A stretch of DNA of 64,000 nt from Microbotryum violaceum (lineage: Eukaryota). This document shows, piece after piece, positions 25,348 to 37,925 of the stretch. Every line of letters begins with the position of its first letter. Position 1 is the stretch's first letter. The notes beneath the pieces are model-generated. The model saw only the letters and a program-made list of their open reading frames with translations, was not told the DNA's origin and searched no databases. The DNA is taken from the NCBI GenBank assembly GCA_001244265.2, contig CDLV01000016.1, forward strand, positions 806,001 through 870,000. Reading direction: 5' to 3'. The position numbers and the translations under genes were made by a program.

Positions 25348-26578
25348 ATGTCCTCCTCCACACCCACAGCATCGACCTCCACCTCCGCTTCCACAACCAA
25401 AGTCAAGCTCGCCTCTTCCTCCCTTTTAGCTCTCAAAGCCGAGATCAGGTACGTTCCCTTCTCCCCCACTCCCTCCTCCCTCCGCCTTCCTCTCCACTAA
25501 TCCACCTCCTCTCTCCCTCTCTTAACCCCCCAACCAGCCGCAAAACGACAATTGCCACCGCCTCCTCCTCTTCCTCCTGCTCCACAACCCGCTCCTACAC
25601 GCGCGGACTCCCCTCCTCCACCTCCGGTCCCAAACCGATCTCGCCCTGGCAACGTTCGAACCCGGGCCTCGCAGCTCGTCAAGCCAAGGACCAAATCATC
25701 TATGAAACCGACCTCGACCAAACGGGCAGGATCAATACCGTTCGATCGAATTTGGAACAAAAGGCGAAATTGTACGAGAGGATAAAGTGCGTTAAAAATA
25801 AAAGACCATAAGGCGCTATCAAAGAGTCGTGATTGGGTCGGACTGATTCCGTTCCTTTCAAGCGGGGTTTTAAAACAGAAAAGGTAAAAACTTGGGAGTC
25901 GATCATCACAAAGTCTCACAGTTGTTGGTCGATTTCGAAGCCAAGGATGAACAGACCGATTCGGAAGGGGAGCAAGACTCTTCCGAAGAGCAAGAAGATT
26001 CTGATCAGGCTCAAGCTGGAGAGGATCCACGAGTGGGTTCTTCACATCCCCAACTCTCGGAATCCATCAACTCATCTTTTGCTTCACCCCGCTCCCAGAA
26101 CCCAATGGTCGAATACCTAGACGAATTCGGCCGCTCTCATCGCGTACCTCGATCGGACGTGCCCGCCGGAACAGCCCTACCTTCGACCGTCCCTTCCCAA
26201 GTCTCTCCCGCTGACCAGGTGTACTACGGCGACCAACAACATTTCCCCGTTTACGAACCCGAGCCTGAGAAGTTGGCCGCCATAGCGAGGGAGAATCAAC
26301 GATCGCGCGGCGCTTTGGTCGATCGGTATGACCCGACCAAGGAGAAACGGACGAGGGGAGCTGGCTTCATTGCGTTAGGCATGGACGACAACACGAGGAG
26401 GAAGAGGATGGAGAGTTTGAAGGAGATCAGGAGGGAGGGCGTGCAAGCGAGGGAGGCGTTGGAGAGTGTGGGAGGGGTGAAAGGGAAGCGGGAGGCCGAT
26501 AAGGAGGAGAGGAAGAGGATGTTGAGGCACAAGAGGGACGAGGTCCAAGCCAAGAGGAACAAGCTCACCGAGGGATGA
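25348..26578 (+). CDS. CCDC174/DUF4078-like protein
   Basis: SLLALKAEI, SNPGLAARQAKD, LEQKAKLYERIK, LLVDFE, MVEYLDEFGR, YDPTKEKRTRGAGF. Two introns. Confidence 0.8.
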
Positions 26579-26650
26579 TCGTAGCGCTGAAACAATCTCA
26601 CCGAGGGATGATCGTAGTGCCGAAAAAATCTCACCGAGGGATGATCGTAC
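26564..26650 (+). repeat. 33-bp tandem repeat (~2.6 copies) spanning the stop codon of the CCDC174-like gene
   Basis: CTCACCGAGGGATGATCGTA at 26564, 26597 and 26630. Confidence 0.9.
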
Positions 26651-26694
26651 TGCTCTGATTTCCAATTTTGTTCGTTCGTTCGTTGTGTATCCCA

Positions 26695-27053
26695 CTATCC
26701 GCCCGATACGGGAGGGATCGGACAAACGACCTCTCCTCCGTTCAACTCGAACTTGTCCTCTTCGCCCCTCGGAATCATCTCCTCATTTACGGACCATTGA
26801 CTTGATTCGAGTGCGATTCGGAAAGGCTCGTTGTCCGGGTGGAGAGAGACGAGATGGGTGCGCAGGTGGGAGAGCGTGAACGGTAAAGAAGTGGGGAGGG
26901 AAAGCTGAGTTTGGGAGGGAAGACCTTCGAGAGCGGTCCGCACGGAAGCAAAGTAGCGCAGAGTAATCTATCGGCACCAAGGAAGGGAAGAGTCAGTCAT
27001 TCCAGCGGTACGGTAGATCGGTAGTCGAGATAGTGACGTGCCTCTTGCGCCAT
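26695..27053 (-). CDS. MOCS2A: Molybdopterin synthase sulfur-carrier subunit (MoaD/MOCS2A/CnxG)
   Basis: ITLRYFASVR...WSVNEEM...VCPIPPVSGG* (MoaD C-terminal GG). ATG at 27053; exon 2 is 26967-26695. Confidence 0.9.
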
Positions 27054-27187
27054 CGCTGTGCGCAAAAGTCAACGCACCGGGGAGAAAGAGCGAACGCGCC
27101 TCCACCCTCGCCTCGATCTTTGCCTTCTGACTTGTTTCCTCCTGCCGCGCTCCCACCCTCTCCCTTCTTTTCCCCGAGAAGCGCACC

Positions 27188-28333
27188 ATGCCAGGCCCAT
27201 CTCTGCAAGACGCCGTATCGTGGCTCGCTGCCCATGCTGACGAAGCGCCTGCGTTGGGAGCGCCCCTCCATCCTTCAAAGTTGGGGACCAAGCAGCACTG
27301 GGATGAGGTATCTCACCCCGGAGAGTGGGGCCCGTAGGAGAACGTGGTTCTCGTCATAGCTGATCTGTGTGTGCTTGCTTCGAGAATAGGTCTACGAACG
27401 CGAAGTAAAGATGTTTAAAGAGATCGGAGGCAAGTAACCCCCGGGGCAGACAACTAGGCGCAGCATACCAGCTGATCACGTGCTTTGCAGACCAAGGCGA
27501 AGTCTGGTTCGGCGAAGACGCGGCGGACAAGATGGTCGAATGGGTCCAGGAACATGTGCCCCAAACCGACGCAAACCTTTTGGATCGTCAGTGTTCTTCA
27601 CGACGCAAGCCCGCGAGGACGAAGAAGCTGACCGACCGCGCTTCGCTCTTCCCGTATCTGTGGGGAGCAGTCGGCACGGGCAACGGCCAACTCCTCTTTC
27701 GCCTTTCCGAAGAAGGCTACACCTCCCTGACGGGGATAGACTATTCCCTTTCCTCCATCGAGTTGGCCGAATCCATACTATCCTCCACGACCCAGCATCC
27801 CAAACCCTCGATCAACTTCTTCGTGTCCGACATCCTCTCCCCCGACCCGGACCCCCGATTAACCCAAAAAAGATGGAAAGTCTTATTGGACAAAGGTACT
27901 TATGATGCGATTTGTTTGAGTGACCAAGTCGATCCCAAGGAGGGGGTTCGGATCGGGGAACTTTATCCAAAGGCCGTGGCCGGTTGGTTGGACGAGGAGG
28001 CTTATCTCTTGATTACGTCTTGTACGTTGGCCCTGCGGAAAGATGTGCTCCTCACTCTTTCTCCGGACGGCTGATCCTTCATTGCGAACGGAATCTCTCT
28101 TACAGGCAACTGGACACGCGCCGAGTTGGAAAAAGCTTTCATCACTCCTCAGACAGGTTCGTCGCGCTCGAGCTTCCATCTATCAACCCCCCAGCACTGT
28201 ACTAAACAACCGCTTTCCTCCAACAGGTCTCATCTTTCATTCCTTGGTCCCACGCCCTTCCTTCTCGTTCGGAGGTAGTACCGGTTCTTCGATCACCACA
28301 ATAGCGTTCCAGAAGAAAAAGACTCGGGCGTAG
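27188..28333 (+). CDS. EFM4: eEF1A lysine methyltransferase Efm4/See1 (METTL10)
   Basis: PSKLGTKQHWDE|VYERE, GEVWFGED, GTGNG, GIDYS, LDKGTYDAICL, LITSC|NWT, FSFGGSTGS. Intron 2 (27430-27490) is GC-AG. Confidence 0.93.
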
Positions 28334-28436
28334 GAGCGAAATTTGCACTTTTTTGAGACTTGGAGAACCGTCATTTTACAAGTTCCAGCAACGGGTATCC
28401 AAACAGACTATAGCCACGCCCCGAAACATTCGTAAT

Positions 28437-31400
28437 CTAAAAACCCGATCCGACCACCTCTCCCACCTCCACCTTCCTCGGACATATATCCCTACAACCC
28501 TCCCCCTCCTCTTCCACCATCTCACACATCTCCACCTCCTTAAACTCATCCCTCAAATCCCAGTATTCCTTCCCTTGAACCCACTCGACGAATTCTACAT
28601 TCACCACCCTGGTCGTACTAAAATAAGGTCTCGTCAAGACCCTAGTCATCTCCTCATAAGACCCCATCGTCCTAAAATCCAACCACAACACCTCCGATAA
28701 TTCGGCCAAGGCCATCATGCCCGCTTCGGACGAAGAATGCGTTCGTCCCAAATGTTCGATCGCGTGCGAAACGTAATGGGGTTCGGTGAGGAGGACTTGA
28801 TGACCCGGTACGTGGGAAGGATGACTCGCCCAATAAGAGGTGGGGAATATTCGCCAAATGTAACGTTCTGTGGTCGATAATGGGGATTGATGGGTCGTGG
28901 CGAGCTCGGAAGAGCTCACGATCGTACCTTTTAATGGAGGGACAAAGGTTCGACCCGAGTCGTGTGCGGCTTGAAGGAGGAGTCCCATCACGAATTGGAC
29001 CGTTGTGCGATTACCGATCAGGTGAGGGGCTCGCAGGACTTGGGGGAACGAAACCGGACCGTTGGGGGAGGAACTAAGGGGGGAGGCGATCGAGGACGGA
29101 AGTACGACGTGGTGATGTCCGTGGAGACGCTTGGATTGCGCGTAGAGGTCGTCTTCCAGGGAGGGGTAAACGACGGTCGGACTGTGGTAGCCTAACGAAC
29201 CGGCCATGTAGGATTGACTCGCCTGCGATTGCCGGTGAAGATCAGTACCACCATCTCATCCAGCTCTCCCAACAAAGCCCGGATCCCACTTACCAGATCG
29301 CCACAACAGATACAATGAAAATAAACGGCCTGTTCATCCTTCTCCCTCTCCCACTCCATCCTCGCCAACCTCCCCGTACTCGTCCTAAACTTCTTCCTCT
29401 CCAAAACCTTGACGTCGATCCCTCCCCCCCATCCACTTTCGAATTCGGCCTGACCGTACAAACTTTCCACCGCATCATCGACCGCGCCTGTTCGTTCGGC
29501 GAACAGTTTCTCGTCTTCGCCTGGTGAATGCGGAGGTGCTACGTGGGCCGTATCGCGACGTGCTCCGGAGGGGTCGAGGAGTAGGTTCGTGGCGCGCCAA
29601 ATATAATCTTCTTCGTCGGGGCCTCGGGAGAGGTCCAACAGCCTTTGAACAAGGGATATGACGTGCTTGGTTGGGTTGAGGAAGATGAAGCCCTGGGGTA
29701 GAGAAACGGAAGGAACTGGGCGATGAGAGCTGAGGGAGGATAGGGGTGGTGGAACTGACTCACGGCTTGCAGGGCCCCCGTCTTCCAAGTGTCGGTGATT
29801 TGCATGTCGTAGTCGGCCAAAGAGCCCATATGGGGAACAGGATCGCTGTGAAAAGACGTATTCTTTGGGTCAATCTCAGCGTGGTCGGAAGTGGAGTGAG
29901 CGAACCTACGTTCGAAAGAACACATCGCTGCGCGATTCCCAAAAGTAAAGCTTGATCAGCCATCGAACCCAGACCAGACCGCTCACGAGCTCATTCCAAC
30001 CAACTCACCTATCAACGAAAAACAACCTCCTCCCGCTACCTAGCGTCTCCACGATCGCTCTAAGTTTGACCTTCCTCTCGTCCTGCCCTTCAGGCACCAT
30101 CCCACCCCAACAAAACATCCTCGGATGATCCCTACAATACTTGACGCACCCCTGATCCCTACAAAGCGTAACCGACATCCTCCTCGCGAACGAATCCGCC
30201 TCTTCGCCTTCTATATCCTTCGACGTCGCTGAATCCCCCCCTTCGCCTAAAGCTCTGACGAAACCATCCAAATGAGGTGTCGAGATCCGGACGCGCTCGT
30301 TCGTCGCTGTAGTAAGCCAAAGATGAGAAGGTCTTTTTCGTCGAGCACTCGTAGCGTAGGATAAATGAGATCCTAGTCGGGTTGTAAGGTAGTCGACGAA
30401 GTTCGTATAAACGTATTCGTCTTCTCTAGGCGTTCGGGGATGGGATTTGATTGGGTAAGGCACCGTTTCGAACGTATCGAAGAGGGTCATGGGTTGTGGG
30501 ATCGAAGGCATCCAAGAGCGTTGTTTCGAGGCTGTTTTGGAGGGAAATACATGTTGTAGAATGTGGCGACCGATGTAGATGCTCATGAACGCGCAGAAAC
30601 ATAGGCCGCCGAGTCGAATGAAGGAGCGTTTCGGGTGGCGCTGTCGCAGGCTCAGGATTGTCGGCGGTTCGAGCCCTTTGAGGGAACTTCGTTTCCTCGG
30701 CAACTTGCTCAATCCGACTTTCAAAAAGAGGAAGAAGTACCATTTGTCCTGTCCAAAGTGTTGTGCATGACCGAAGTGAGACTGGGAAGTTTCTGCATCC
30801 CCACGGAAGAGGCTCCCATCCCCTTCGTCGAGTCGCTGAATTCCATGTTGAAGCTGCTGGCGGCAGGTGGACTTCTCGATAAGCGACGACCACTATCTTC
30901 GCCATCGATATCGAGTTCACATCCCGCTTTTCGATGTTGCAGCAGTGATGCGGTCGAGGTTGACGAGATCCCCACCAGCCCTGGTTCCGAGCTCACGATC
31001 GACGAACCGGTCCCTAACCCTCGACTCGGTTCCAAACCTTGCCAACAGATCGGCAACACATCATTCGACCCCAACGTCGCGTTCGTTGAAGATCTCCGAC
31101 TAGATGGAGAGTTCAACAACGAAAGTCCGTTGTGATACTCCATCACCGAAGAACCGCTCCTCATCATCCCTACCCCAGGAGCGGTCGGTAAGAGTTCAGC
31201 AAAATTCTGCCTTCTCGACGAAGGGGTCGGTAAAGCCGTAGAAGTGACGAGAGGGGAATCAGGTGAGGGTGAAACGAATGACGGGACCCAATCTCGATCT
31301 CTTCTCGAGGAAGGCGAATCGCGCGAATTGGAGAGGTTGCTCAATGGGGTCGTCGTAGTCGATCCGGGGCGAGATGTCGACTCGGATCCGCCGCGACTCG

Positions 31401-31494
31401 GAGGAGGCGACGAAGGTGGGGTCGAGTAGGCCGAGTCGCCGGCCGCTGTGCCTTCAAATCCACCCGTCAAGATCGCGGTGCGACGGGAGAACAT
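28437..31494 (-). CDS. Putative type II membrane glycosyltransferase (nucleotide-diphospho-sugar transferase-like) with a Ser-rich N-terminus; apparent frameshift at ~30724
   Basis: TM segment FIRLGGLCFCAFMSIYIG, then LWLTTA, TLCRDQGC, FFVD|SDVFFRT|DPVP (DxD motif), GFIFLNPT, YFHCICC. The family assignment is from motif resemblance only. Confidence 0.65.
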
Positions 31495-32522
31495 GTCTCC
31501 TCAGATCGAGATGCTCGAAAGCCTCTTGATGAGTATCGAATGATGGATTGGAGCGAAAGATCGGCGCTGCAAACGAGTGGGCGTGAAGAGTGACACGCGC
31601 GATCGCTCGGCCAAGTTCAGCCGAGCGGAGTCCGCCAGGTGGGGTCGAGACCGGGGGGCGTTCGCCGAAGTCAAGAGCTCCGCGGAACTGGTTTGAGCTG
31701 CTGCCGCTGTTACCAACGGGGGAGGGTCAGTCACTGCTGGTGTATGGGCTCGAGGGGTGAAGGAGGATTGAAGTAATCACCTTCTGGAAGTTCAAGGCCC
31801 GCGGCGTCCACACGAAGCGGTAATAGATAGGACCGAAACAAGCTTCGAAAGCGTCGATGAAGCGCTCAAACGTTGTAATCACGACACGGCTTGGCCATTC
31901 GTCGCTGCGCGAAAGCGGAAGGTCATACCTAAGGAGTGGAAATTGAAAGCACACGGGAGTGATTGCCCAAAGGCGTGAAGTTTGATCCGGTGATTGAGCG
32001 GGATTTTGTTCAGAAAACCCTTGGCACCAACTCCAATCTCGTTGGCCAATGGCCGCTCGCCCGGGCTGGAATAAGGCGCGGGGTTCAGCCTGGACGAATA
32101 ACGGCTCACTGCGCAATGAAGAATGTCCGTTCGCTCTGCAATCTTAGTATCCACTTGAATGGGATGGATAGACCTTTCTTGTCGCTGCTGATATGGCATC
32201 CTAACAGCTCAGCCACTGGTTTCCTAGCCGCGTATTTGGAAGGCTAGGGAAATGTTCCCTCCGAGTGCCTTGATAAGTCCTACAGCGCTGTCGAGACTGC
32301 TCCAAAGATCGGGATCATTGATTCGCTAGTAGGGGTAGCATGGAGTGTGTAATTGGCGAGTTTCGAATGGGCATCGTAAAATCGAATATTCGGACGTTCA
32401 AGCGTGCCGTGATTGGCTCAGCGCGCGGCGTTGGCTGGCTCAGTTCGACAAGCGCGCGCGGAGGGGGACGGGGTCAGGTCGATCTCTTGCCGCCACCCTC
32501 GATCGTGCACCACTTTGCCACC

Positions 32523-34082
<1,560 letters not shown>

Positions 34083-34570
34083 ATGGAGGAAGCTAGATTG
34101 TCTCGAACATATCGCTGCTCCGTTCCACCCAGTAGCACTTTGGCTGCCTTTTTTTGTGTAGAACCTATTCTCTTTTTCTCTTTCTTTTTGTCCGCTTCAG
34201 CCTTTTGATATGCAAACCCTTCTGTCTGAATCTTATACATCGTAAGCTTCCCACTCGGAACTGACACGTTAAAGCAGGCGGCGGAAATGCACACGGGGGA
34301 CCGGGCCGAACGGAGGAAAAGGGGGAAGAGCGGCCTAATTAGCGGATGAGACGGTGGATGTAACGGGATGCCTTACAGGAACAGCCCCACAAATAGCTTC
34401 TGAGCAGCTAGAACTGTTGAGTTCGTTACGGCTTGCTTTTAGCCTAGCGATCAAGAATCGGTTCATAGTGAAGCTTCGCCAATTAGCAGGTGAGGGATGG
34501 ATGTCGTCGGCCTGACTCCTAACAGCTGGGAGCGCTGGAACCGGTGGCACCTCGACTAATTCTCGCTGTC

Positions 34571-34765
34571 GATCGACTTCAAGTGCCGCAATGTACGCAA
34601 AACAACGCACCACCGTCTGTTCCCTGAAGGCCGACGGCCACGAAATAATCAAGGACCGCGTGACATGGTTACCTTCCGGTAACTTAATTATTTCGAGGCC
34701 GTCGGCCTTCAGGGAAGAGACGGTCGTGCGTTGTTTCGCGTACATTGCGGCACTTGAAGTCGATC
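34571..34765. repeat. Long inverted repeat (83-bp arms, 5 mismatches, 29-nt loop)
   Basis: Arms at 34571-34653 and 34683-34765. Confidence 0.95.
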
Positions 34766-34976
34766 AACGTCATCGACCGACAGAGCTGTTCGTTTTCCAT
34801 CTGCGAAGTCGTAAGATGGTTGTGTTGTGGCTTCTTTCATGAGTGGCGATGGGATGATGTGCGATGGGTAAGATGTGAATATCTAGGACTCTGACGAACT
34901 ATATCAATTCCACCCATAAGTCCAAGCTCTACGCAAGGCGTACCCCACCCAACTCCGTTCTATGATCTGCCTTCAA

Positions 34977-37331
34977 TCAAAGAACCTGAAACTTCGCCCC
35001 CTGCCTCAACTTATCCGCCGTCAAACTCCAACATTCATCAATCATCGCGGCCCTGAACGTATTCGGCCCCATGACATCCTTCCGTTTCGCCGCGATTTCA
35101 GCGGCGACGTTGATGGCAGTGATACTACGGGATGAAAAGAGAAGCGTGTAAGCTTCTGTTTTGGAAATCGTTGGCCTTGGGGGAAAACGATAGATGGGAA
35201 GTGTGAACTCACCCTGTTACGGCGGCCAAGAAAGCTCTCGAAGCGATCGTTTCGTCCTTTTCGAGCGGTAGGGATGCGAAACAAGCCACAGCGCTAATAA
35301 AAACGAGTAACAGCCAAGTTGGAGCAACGCACTCGGTCCAAACTCCATTGCGATGGCCGAGACCAACTCACGTCGAGGCCATACACCCACTGCCCGTGAT
35401 GATGCCTTGGTAGTCGTGACCGTTTGATAACTTGACGACAACTTCGCCGTCGGAGATGTAGTCCACTTCGCCAGACATGGCGACGGTGAATTCTACACGA
35501 CGTAAACAGCCATCAGTCTCCGGTTCAGCGGACGGCCAAAACGTCGACCGAAATCGATCGCCCCTCGTTTTTCAACTCACTTTCCCTCCGCGCCAAATCC
35601 CTGACCACACTCGCCGGATCGGCGAACCCCTTCCCAACCGAATCGACGCCTCTAGCTTTGACCTCCTTGCTGCCCAACAAACTACCGATTTCCCCGGCGT
35701 TGCCTTTGCAAACACTGACTCTAACATCACCCATCAACTGATCCGCCATCCCTTTTCTATGGACCGTCGCTCCACACCCCACTGGATCAAACACCACCAA
35801 TTTGCCGACCCTGTTCGCGGCTCGGCCAGCTTGTCTCTGAGCTGAGACTTGGTCCAAAGTCGCTGTTCCTAAATTGAGCAATAGGCAACCCAAATACCCC
35901 GCGAGTTGATCCAGTTCTTGAGGAACGACGGACATGATGGGAGAACATCCAAGAGCGAGGGTAAGGTTCGCACAATCGTTCATGACGACTTGGTTCGTCA
36001 GATGGTGGACGAGGGTACGGTGTTCCTCACTTGTCGATTGAAGACGGGTGAATAAATTGATCACTTGGTCCAAGAGGGTTGGAGTGGAGTGGAGTGAAGT
36101 GGGGAGGGTGAGGCTGAAGCGTGGGGAAGTGCGGAATTGGCTCAGGAGCGAGCGAGCGGCTTGGTCCGGTTCGGGGGAGGCGGCGATGGAGGATACGACG
36201 GCTAGACCATCGAGATGGCGATACTTGTTTGAGCCTGGCATAGCTGCAGGGGTTTGGTAGAGTATGTTGGGAATCGTTTCGGGTGTGACGCCGCCTGTGT
36301 GCAGAAGGACGCTATCTCAGGCCCCGCCCCCCCTGTCCAGCGAAAAGCCCGGGCTGAGAAGAGACTTTGCTACTCACCAATAACAACAACTTTGATCTCA
36401 CTCCCCCCCAAGCTCGCCAACAAATCCCTCACACCTCTCACCCCAAGAACAGGGCTCAAATCCTTCTTTGTCTTTGTCCCATAACAGGGTCCCACACCAA
36501 TGTAATCGACCGTGCCCTCGGGATAGGCCAAAACGGTATCCAATTCTTCGACGGTGTTGATGGAGACGCCGAGAAGTTGGTCCGGACCTAGGAGTTGTCG
36601 AGCTTGAGGGGCGGGAAGGTCGGATTGCCCTACGTGGAGACCGCAGGATAGGAGGAGTGCGATGTCGAGACGGTCGTTGATGATGAGGGGGACCGAGTAC
36701 TGGAGGAGAAAGGGGTTAGGGGAAGGTCGGGATTAATTTCCCGCGGGAATTAGCTCGGCGACCGAGATGGGGGAAATTTTGTAAGGATTCGTCCTCAAAG
36801 CGTCGTGTATCCGGAAAGGGAGCTTGCCAAGTACTTTCAAAAACTCAGTCGCCCCTCCCCATCCAAAAAAGTGACCTGTACCGAGCTGCTGCTCCTCAGT
36901 CTGCCGGTGGTCTGTCGATCTCGTCAGGTCGAGGAGGGGCGTAACGATTCGCGTGGAAGGGATATGGAGCATATCCTCTATACCGGTTCTCAGACTTTGA
37001 ATCGACGCCCCTCCATCCATCACGAGGACGCCTACCGTTCTTGAAGCTCCGCACACCGCCGGCCCCACCCACATTCCCGATTGCCAGTCCCCCCGAATCT
37101 CACCTTATCACAAACCTCCTTCGATCTCTTGGCGACTTGATAAAACTCTCTTCCGCCCACATCCTTCTCCCTAATTTGCACGACCGTCACGCCTCCTTTC
37201 AAAGCTGATTCGAGGTGAGTGAGATAGTACGGCGTTGGGTTGAGGTCGACGTCATTTGGGTTCGACGAGGGGGGAAGTAGCTCGCGACCTGTGACGTAGT
37301 AGAGGGAGTAGTCGATCGCGGGTTTGACCAT
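34977..37331 (-). CDS. THI6: Bifunctional thiamine-phosphate synthase / hydroxyethylthiazole kinase
   Basis: IDYSLYYVT, VQIREK, IINDRLDIA, LHVGQSD (ThiE part), then HHLTNQV, DPVGCGAT, KGNAGEI, RGVDS, ITGSGC (ThiM part). Intron 1 is about 404 nt (37103-36700). Confidence 0.96.
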
Positions 37332-37721
37332 TATTGATGAGGGAAGCGGAGGGGAGGTAAGGGGGAAGAGGGAACAGGAGAGCCGAAGTGGGGCGCTATT
37401 AGAATGATCGGCAGGGCAGCTCGTACCTCCTTTCGGACAGCCTCTATTAAGCGCAGGAGTCTCGATTGGCGCCCGATCACTCGAAATACGCAAGAAGACG
37501 GAGATGATTACAGGAATTTACATTCTACACGGAGAACATCTACAACGTCGACCCTACAAGTCCAGCCTTATCGAAGGTTTCGATGCCGATCCCAAGACGG
37601 CGCCAGCGTGTGCGGAGCAGAGCAGAGCAGGGAAGGAAAGGAGAAGAGTCAGTACACGGGATCAATAAATAAATAATGGACCAAGCCAAAATGGTCGAGG
37701 GGGAAGGAGAGAGCCCAGGAA

Positions 37722-37925
37722 GAATCGATATCAGATAGGAGCTGTGACGAACAGGCACTCGGGGTCAGTTCTCACGAACGCACAGAAAAACGAGTGCCAA
37801 CTCGCAGAAGGGGGCTTACCGAAAGACTATTTTGATAGATATTAGAATCAGCATCGTACCCCTTTTGGGGAGGTAACTCAGTGTGAACTATGCATGATTA
37901 CTCGTTGAGATCATCCTTTCGAATC
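37722..37925 (-). ncRNA. SNR60: Box C/D snoRNA, snR60 (Z15/U80-type) homologue, interrupted by a 78-nt spliceosomal intron (37819-37742)
   Basis: Box C AGGATGA (37917-37911). D' guide GCATAGTTCAC then A then CTGA (37881-37878). C' ATGCTGA. Spliced D guide TAGTCTTTCG|CTCCTAT then CTGA (37734-37731). Terminal stem GATTCGA/TCGATTC. The guides are complementary to the conserved LSU rRNA sequences GUGAACUAUGC and AUAGGGGCGAAAGACUA. Confidence 0.9.

Noticed and set aside
31727-32247. ORFs of 94-129 aa between the glycosyltransferase and NDUFS7
   Set aside because: No recognisable domain or splice structure.
34335-34842. Two opposite ORFs both starting MYAKQRTTV
   Set aside because: A by-product of the inverted repeat, with no evidence of coding function.
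36880-37020. Canonical TPP riboswitch or RNase P RNA
   Set aside because: CTGAGA and ACCTGA (and AGTCTG/CAGACT) are present, but the TPP P5/L5 element and the RNase P CR-V context are missing. Kept only as a tentative finding.
36733-37074. 113-aa ORF inside THI6 intron 1
   Set aside because: No recognisable motif; more simply a chance ORF in a GC-rich structured intron.
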